Source of the DNA: Pseudomonadota bacterium
GTDB taxonomy: Bacteria; Myxococcota; JACRCW01; JAFGSX01
Assembly: GCA_043821645.1 (NCBI GenBank)
Contig: JBDRCO010000087.1
Span: 192,001 to 256,000, forward strand
Length of the DNA stretch: 64,000 nt
Direction: 5' to 3'
The position numbers and the translations under genes are program-made. Positions 59,197 to 64,000 of the stretch are shown piece by piece. Positions within the stretch are counted from its first letter, which is position 1; each line of letters starts with the position of its first letter. The notes beneath the pieces were generated by a model. It saw only the letters and a program-made list of their open reading frames with translations. It was not told the origin of the DNA and searched no databases.

Positions 59197-60308
59197 GGTG
59201 CGTACCCCTCGACCAGGATTTGCAGACGATCGGCCAGCCCCAGGCAGCAGGAGGCTGTCAGTGCAACTCGACCAGCGTGGCGATCACAGCACAGCGAGGC
59301 TGGGCACACAGGTGCCGCACCCTCGGGACAGATGAGCAGCTGCCAGGTGCCCACACAGTGGGTCTCGCTGCGCAGGTGCGCGATGGTCAGCGGTGGGACC
59401 TGTTCAATGGAGGTCCCGGTGACAATTCTGTCACCGGGTGCAGGGCAGTCCTCGCCTGCGGGCGCTGCCAGCACCCACCACTCGACCGTGCTGGTGCTGG
59501 TCGACGACGCGTACAGCCGTGCCTCGACGTTGATGGATGCAGATCCTCCCGAGCCCATGGACACCCGTGTGGCGGGCTGAGCCTCGGCGCGCACGGCCTG
59601 GCTCCAGTGTCCGACGCCGACGGTGACGAAGTCAGGGTCGCTCTCGCCGGCACCGGCCTGCACGCGCAGCGAGATGACGAAGGCTCCCGTGCGCGCGGTG
59701 GTGAGGTGGGTGAAGATCGCGAGCTGGGGTTGCTCCTCCGGGGTGACCAGGGCGAAGTCGCGATCGCGCAGCGAGCCGTCAGGCCAGTCCACCACATCCC
59801 AGATGTAGCGCAGGGCGATTCCCGGCGGTCCCGAGGACCCCGAGCCGTCAAAGGTGATGCTGCCGCCGGCGGGGATGGCATTGCTGGTGCCGGCCCGGGC
59901 ATGAAGCTCGGCCTGGGGTGCCAGGCTGCGCACATGCACGGTCACCAGGTCGGGCGCCGAGCGCAGTGCACCATCGTCCACCTGGAGAAAGAACACGAAC
60001 ACACCCTCGACGGTGGGGGTGTAGCGAGCAACCCGCTCGTTGCCCAGGTCGCTGCGGAGTCCATCGGGGGACTGCAGGGTCCACAGAAAGCTCAGCCCGT
60101 TGCCCTCGGGATCGCTGCTCAGGCTGCCGTCCAGGATGATGGGCTGTCCCAGCACGGCATCCCGGTCGTAGCCCGCAAAGGCCACGGGTGCGCGATTGAC
60201 TGACAGCGGCTCGTCGCAGCTCCCGACGAGGAGAGGAAGCAGGAGCATGGCCCCGCAGCGGGCCCCCCAGGGTCCAACCGAAAACGTTGCAGGACACCGA
60301 GCGCTCAT
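59193..60308 (-). CDS. PKD-domain lipoprotein
   Basis: Lipobox LVGSC, NRAPVAFAG, LDGSLSSDPEG, LQVDDG..SAPD, second FDGSGS repeat. Start uncertain. Confidence 0.7.
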   Translation of the reverse strand: MSARCPATFSVGPWGARCGAMLLLPLLVGSCDEPLSVNRAPVAFAGYDRDAVLGQPIILDGSLSSDPEGNGLSFLWTLQSPDGLRSDLGNERVARYTPTVEGVFVFFLQVDDGALRSAPDLVTVHVRSLAPQAELHARAGTSNAIPAGGSITFDGSGSSGPPGIALRYIWDVVDWPDGSLRDRDFALVTPEEQPQLAIFTHLTTARTGAFVISLRVQAGAGESDPDFVTVGVGHWSQAVRAEAQPATRVSMGSGGSASINVEARLYASSTSTSTVEWWVLAAPAGEDCPAPGDRIVTGTSIEQVPPLTIAHLRSETHCVGTWQLLICPEGAAPVCPASLCCDRHAGRVALTASCCLGLADRLQILVEGYAP

Positions 60309-60401
60309 GCTGACCTTTGCCTCCACCCGGGCATTGTCGGGATCCCCCGTCCAGCGGTCAAGAACGGCCCATCGCGTCACCGGTCGCGTCTCCTCGTCTC
60401 T

Positions 60402-61355
60402 TCACTCGCTGGCGAGGCCCAGTACCAGGGCACTGCCCAGCGCCAGGGCCAGGCTGGATCCCAGGGCAATCTCTGCGCCGAGGACCTCGGTCTCGATCTC
60501 GCGCTGGATGTCCTTGGCCTCGCTGCGCTCGATCTGACGCACGGTGATGCCGTCCACCACCCGCTCGGCCTCGTAGCGGCTCTTGGCCAGCATGGCCAGT
60601 CCGCCCAGGACACCACCCGCGACCGCGCTCAGGGCCGAGGCCCCGACCAGGGTCCAGCCCACGATGCTCGCCGCACCACCCCCCGACGAGGGCTCCGCGC
60701 CATCCAGCCTGACGTCGACGCGGACGTCCTCGCCACGACGCACCTGCACTGTTTGCTCCAGGCTCATCCCTCCGGGAAGCCGCAAGCCCACGCTGTGCGC
60801 GCCTTCGCCGAGAGTTCCGGCCGTCAGCACCGGGGTCTCGCCCATGACCTGGCCGTCGACGCGCACCGTGGCCCCTGGTGGCGTCGAGTTCACCGACAGC
60901 GTGCCGGGGGTCCCGAGATCGCGGCCTATCGCCGCTGCGGCTTGCTGCGCCCCGACCATGTCGAAGCGCGACACGCCCAGGGCACTGGCGCCCACACGCT
61001 GGGTGCTGGCCACGTCAATCAGACTCCAGATCACCAATGGGCATGGACGCTGGCTCAACTGCACCACCACGACGGTAGTGACGCCCAGGCTCTTGCCCAC
61101 GGAGGCGGCACAGGTGGAATCCAGGTCGGTGCATCCCAGGGTGAAGATGATCTCGCTCAGGGGTTGGTCCGGCGTCGGTATGTAGCCCAGTCCGGCGTTG
61201 TTGAGCGCTGCGCCGGTGGCTCGGACCAGCTGATCCGCAAAGGCCTTGTCCGAGGGCTTCTCGATCAACACCAGCAGGGTCGAGGTGGTGGCGGGGGGTG
61301 GCGCGCTCGCGGTCTGCGCCGCCAGCCCGAGCAGCAGGGATAGGGCGCCGAGCAT
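60402..61355 (-). CDS. PEGA domain protein
   Basis: GTLSVNSTPPGATVRVDG...GETP...GAHSV, followed by two hydrophobic helices. TGATG overlap with the upstream gene. Confidence 0.8.
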   Translation of the reverse strand: MLGALSLLLGLAAQTASAPPPATTSTLLVLIEKPSDKAFADQLVRATGAALNNAGLGYIPTPDQPLSEIIFTLGCTDLDSTCAASVGKSLGVTTVVVVQLSQRPCPLVIWSLIDVASTQRVGASALGVSRFDMVGAQQAAAAIGRDLGTPGTLSVNSTPPGATVRVDGQVMGETPVLTAGTLGEGAHSVGLRLPGGMSLEQTVQVRRGEDVRVDVRLDGAEPSSGGGAASIVGWTLVGASALSAVAGGVLGGLAMLAKSRYEAERVVDGITVRQIERSEAKDIQREIETEVLGAEIALGSSLALALGSALVLGLASE

Positions 61356-63085
61356 CAGTCCTCCCACACCAGCCTGGCGACTTGCAACGCCGAGGTCGAC
61401 ATCGTGTTGCTGCTGCGCGTCAGGACCCTGGACCAGGCCATGTGCAGCAGACCATCGTCACTCACCACGGCGTCGGGCCAGTGCCCGTTGTCGTCGGGAC
61501 CGTCGGCGTTGCCCACGATCTGCGGGACGTGGTCGTGAACGCGCGCGTGGCGCAACTTCTTGCGCGCTGTCTGGGTGAAGAACACGTGGGGCACATCTAG
61601 GGCGTCGACCACGATGGTGCAGGCCGCGCCTGGCTCGTAGTAGCTGTCCCAGTCCGAGTCCGCTGCGACCTCGGCGCCGTGGAAGCCGTCGGCGGCCAGC
61701 CACAGGTACAGGAGCCTGTAGTCTGACGAGCCCGTCTTCATCTGCGTGCAGAAGTGCAGTGCCCCGTGGCTGTCAAAGGCCAGGTCCACAGGGCGATCGG
61801 CATTGCAGTAGCTGTTGGGGAGCCCCAGCCTCTGGCAGCCGGCGTTGGTGACCGGTGCCATGCTGACGCTGACCAGGCCGAGGTCGGGCAGGACCAGCCC
61901 CAGGAAGGGTCTGTCGCTGTTGACGAAGGTGGCGTAGGTGTCGCCGGTGGCTGCCTCGGCAAACAGTGCTGGCCAGCGCGCATTTTGGACGAAGCTCGGG
62001 AGGAGATCGAAGGAGGCACCCGGGATGGCGTCGGGCGCTGCCGGCCTGCGCATGCCCACGACCAGCCCGTCGCTAGCATCGCGGACCAGCACGGTCTGGT
62101 TCCCGTCCTGCGCGATCACCAGGCCCGCACGATCGGACTCGTTCTGGCCGCTGCCGACGATGTCGCTGGCCTGGTAACTGAACCCGTCGTAGTAGGCGAG
62201 CCGGATCTTGTCGTTGGCGTCCTTGCGGTAGGAGAACCAGGGTCGCCCGCCTGGGGCGAAGGCCAGCGCGGGGTCGGCTCCCACCTCGTCGACCGAGTCC
62301 ACCGTGGCCGGGCCCTGCCACTGGTTCCCGTCGTACTCGAAGTAGCCGAGCTTGCGCGAGGCCGCGGTCGGGCTATAGCCGTAGTAGGCGACAGCGGGGC
62401 GAACACCGTCGACCAGGGCCAGCGAGGGCATGCGCACCTGCTCCAGGTCGCTGGTCAGCTCCGTGACGTCGAGGTGGGCACAGCGCCCGCTGAAGCAGAA
62501 GCTGGTGGTGGTCGCTGTACAGGTGTTGTCCGCCAGACAGGGCCCCGCATCCACGCCCGCGTCGAGGCTTGCGTCACTGCCTGCGTCGACCACAGCGCTG
62601 TCCTCGGCCGGGGCGTCCTCCGCCGCCGAGTCAGGGAACCACAGATCGGCGGTCCCGGCGTCCACGGCGCCAGCGTCCGATTCCACGTCGGGAGAGGCAA
62701 GATCCGTGGCCGCTGTGTCCGGGGTGGCGGCCTCGCTCGCACCCGCATCGGAAAGGCTGTGGTCGACGGTGCGCAGGTCCGGGATCGCCAGGTCGGACGC
62801 TGCGGCATCCTGCCCCGCGTCGACCGCTGCGTCTGTCGCGCTGGCGTCCAGTCCGGCGTCGGCGCCCCCGTCCTGGTCCACATCACCCACCGCGGCGTCC
62901 TGCAGCCCCGCATCCGGGATGCGCAGATCGCGAGGGTCCCGGCACACCCCGGCCACGCACACAAAGCCGTCGCCGGCGCAGTCGTCGTCGACCGTGCAGG
63001 TGAAGCGGTCGCCGTCTATCCCTCCCACGAAGGGATAGCAGGCCGCACCTATCGCAGCGAAGAGGGCCAGCCATCGCACTCGCAT
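61355..63085 (-). CDS. Lipoprotein with Cys module, long Asp-Ala-Gly linker and beta-propeller-like C-terminus
   Basis: Lipobox GAAC, CTVDDDC..CV..VC, about 130-aa DAG/DAA linker, repeated 'LAFD..G..H' blades. Confidence 0.65.
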   Translation of the reverse strand: MRVRWLALFAAIGAACYPFVGGIDGDRFTCTVDDDCAGDGFVCVAGVCRDPRDLRIPDAGLQDAAVGDVDQDGGADAGLDASATDAAVDAGQDAAASDLAIPDLRTVDHSLSDAGASEAATPDTAATDLASPDVESDAGAVDAGTADLWFPDSAAEDAPAEDSAVVDAGSDASLDAGVDAGPCLADNTCTATTTSFCFSGRCAHLDVTELTSDLEQVRMPSLALVDGVRPAVAYYGYSPTAASRKLGYFEYDGNQWQGPATVDSVDEVGADPALAFAPGGRPWFSYRKDANDKIRLAYYDGFSYQASDIVGSGQNESDRAGLVIAQDGNQTVLVRDASDGLVVGMRRPAAPDAIPGASFDLLPSFVQNARWPALFAEAATGDTYATFVNSDRPFLGLVLPDLGLVSVSMAPVTNAGCQRLGLPNSYCNADRPVDLAFDSHGALHFCTQMKTGSSDYRLLYLWLAADGFHGAEVAADSDWDSYYEPGAACTIVVDALDVPHVFFTQTARKKLRHARVHDHVPQIVGNADGPDDNGHWPDAVVSDDGLLHMAWSRVLTRSSNTMSTSALQVARLVWED

Positions 63086-63171
63086 GGGCCGAGCCTAGCA
63101 CAGCACCAAGGGGGGGGCCCAGACTTGCCAGGGGCCGCGGCCGGGCGCTACATAGCGGCCGCGAGGGAGCC

Positions 63172-64000
63172 ATGAGAAGCAATGGACAGGGGCGCGACCG
63201 CGCCATCGTGGTGCGCGGTGCACGCGAGCACAACCTTCAGAACATCGACGTCGAGATCCCCCGCGATCGGCTGGTGGTGGTCACCGGTCTGTCCGGCAGC
63301 GGCAAGTCATCGCTGGTGTTCGACACCATCTACGCCGAGGGACAGCGGCGCTATGTCGAGTCGCTGTCCGCCTACGCCAGGCAGTTTCTGGCGCAGATGG
63401 AGAAGCCTGACGTCGACAGCATCGAGGGCCTGAGCCCAGCCATCAGCATCGAGCAGAAGACCACCAGCAAGAATCCCCGCTCCACCGTGGGCACGGTGAC
63501 CGAGGTCTACGACTACCTGCGCTTGCTCTTTGCCCGCTGTGGCGTCCCGCATTGCTTCGAGTGCGGCAAACCCATCGAGCAACAGACCTCGTCACAGATC
63601 GTGGATCACGTCCTCGAGTGGGGCGACGGCGCTCGCATCAACGTGCTGGCCCCCATCGCCCGGGGCAAGAAGGGCGAGTACAAAAAAGAACTCGACCGGC
63701 TGCGCAAGGATGGCTTCGTGCGCGTGGCCATCGACGGTGAGCTGCGCGAGCTCGGCGACGACATCGTACTGGACAAACGCAAGAAGCACGACATCGACGT
63801 GTACGTGGATCGTCTGGTGCTCAAGCCCGGCGTGCGGCCGCGCCTGGCCGATGCCGTGGAACTGGCGCTCAAGCTCGGCGAGGGCCTGTGCAAGATCCTG
63901 CCCCAGGACGGCGAGGCCGTGCTGATGAGCGAGAGCTTCGCCTGCGCCGACTGCGGCGTGTCCTATCCGGAGATCTCACCTCGCCTGTTCAGCTTCAACA
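63172..64000 (+). CDS. uvrA: Excinuclease ABC subunit A (5' part; runs off the window)
   Basis: GGGAG RBS, ATG 63172. [63 protein letters not shown]. Absent from the ORF track because it has no stop in the window. Confidence 0.97.
   Translation, partial: MRSNGQGRDRAIVVRGAREHNLQNIDVEIPRDRLVVVTGLSGSGKSSLVFDTIYAEGQRRYVESLSAYARQFLAQMEKPDVDSIEGLSPAISIEQKTTSKNPRSTVGTVTEVYDYLRLLFARCGVPHCFECGKPIEQQTSSQIVDHVLEWGDGARINVLAPIARGKKGEYKKELDRLRKDGFVRVAIDGELRELGDDIVLDKRKKHDIDVYVDRLVLKPGVRPRLADAVELALKLGEGLCKILPQDGEAVLMSESFACADCGVSYPEISPRLFSFN

Noticed and set aside
63086-63171. LexA/SOS box upstream of uvrA
   Set aside because: No recognisable LexA palindrome. Only a plausible TTGCCA/TACATA promoter-like pair, too weak to call.

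Overview
High-GC (roughly two-thirds G+C by eye) chromosomal window from a Myxococcota-like deltaproteobacterium. The assignment rests on CdbA/CdbB-type RHH proteins, a myxobacterial gspC-N operon, eukaryotic-like Ser/Thr kinases, and many Cys-rich and PEGA surface proteins. From left to right: (1) a minus-strand purine/urate-catabolism-type cluster (three-subunit XdhD/YgfM-like molybdenum hydroxylase, YgeY-family M20 hydrolase, ThrC-like PLP enzyme, carbamate kinase); (2) rpsU and a selenocysteine-containing selD whose in-frame UGA and SECIS-like hairpin the ORF track misses; (3) kinase-CesT/YbjN-pspA, an isolated nuoB, hemW-grpE-dnaK-(orf)-dnaJ, yidD and an isolated nuoI; (4) tRNA-Pro(CGG) followed by a duplicated 64-bp double-hairpin element; (5) a candidate sigma54-transcribed, Pxr-like small RNA with two C8 loops; (6) a REC-GGDEF cyclase, an SSS symporter, and a type II secretion operon (gspC-N) with a frameshifted gspF and a sigma54 promoter plus enhancer-like repeats; (7) split cdbA/cdbB-like genes, a surface-protein operon, and the 5' part of uvrA. 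No transposase, integrase, prophage or CRISPR-cas was seen. All calls come from motif reading by eye with no database searches. Several start codons were re-chosen manually and are approximate.
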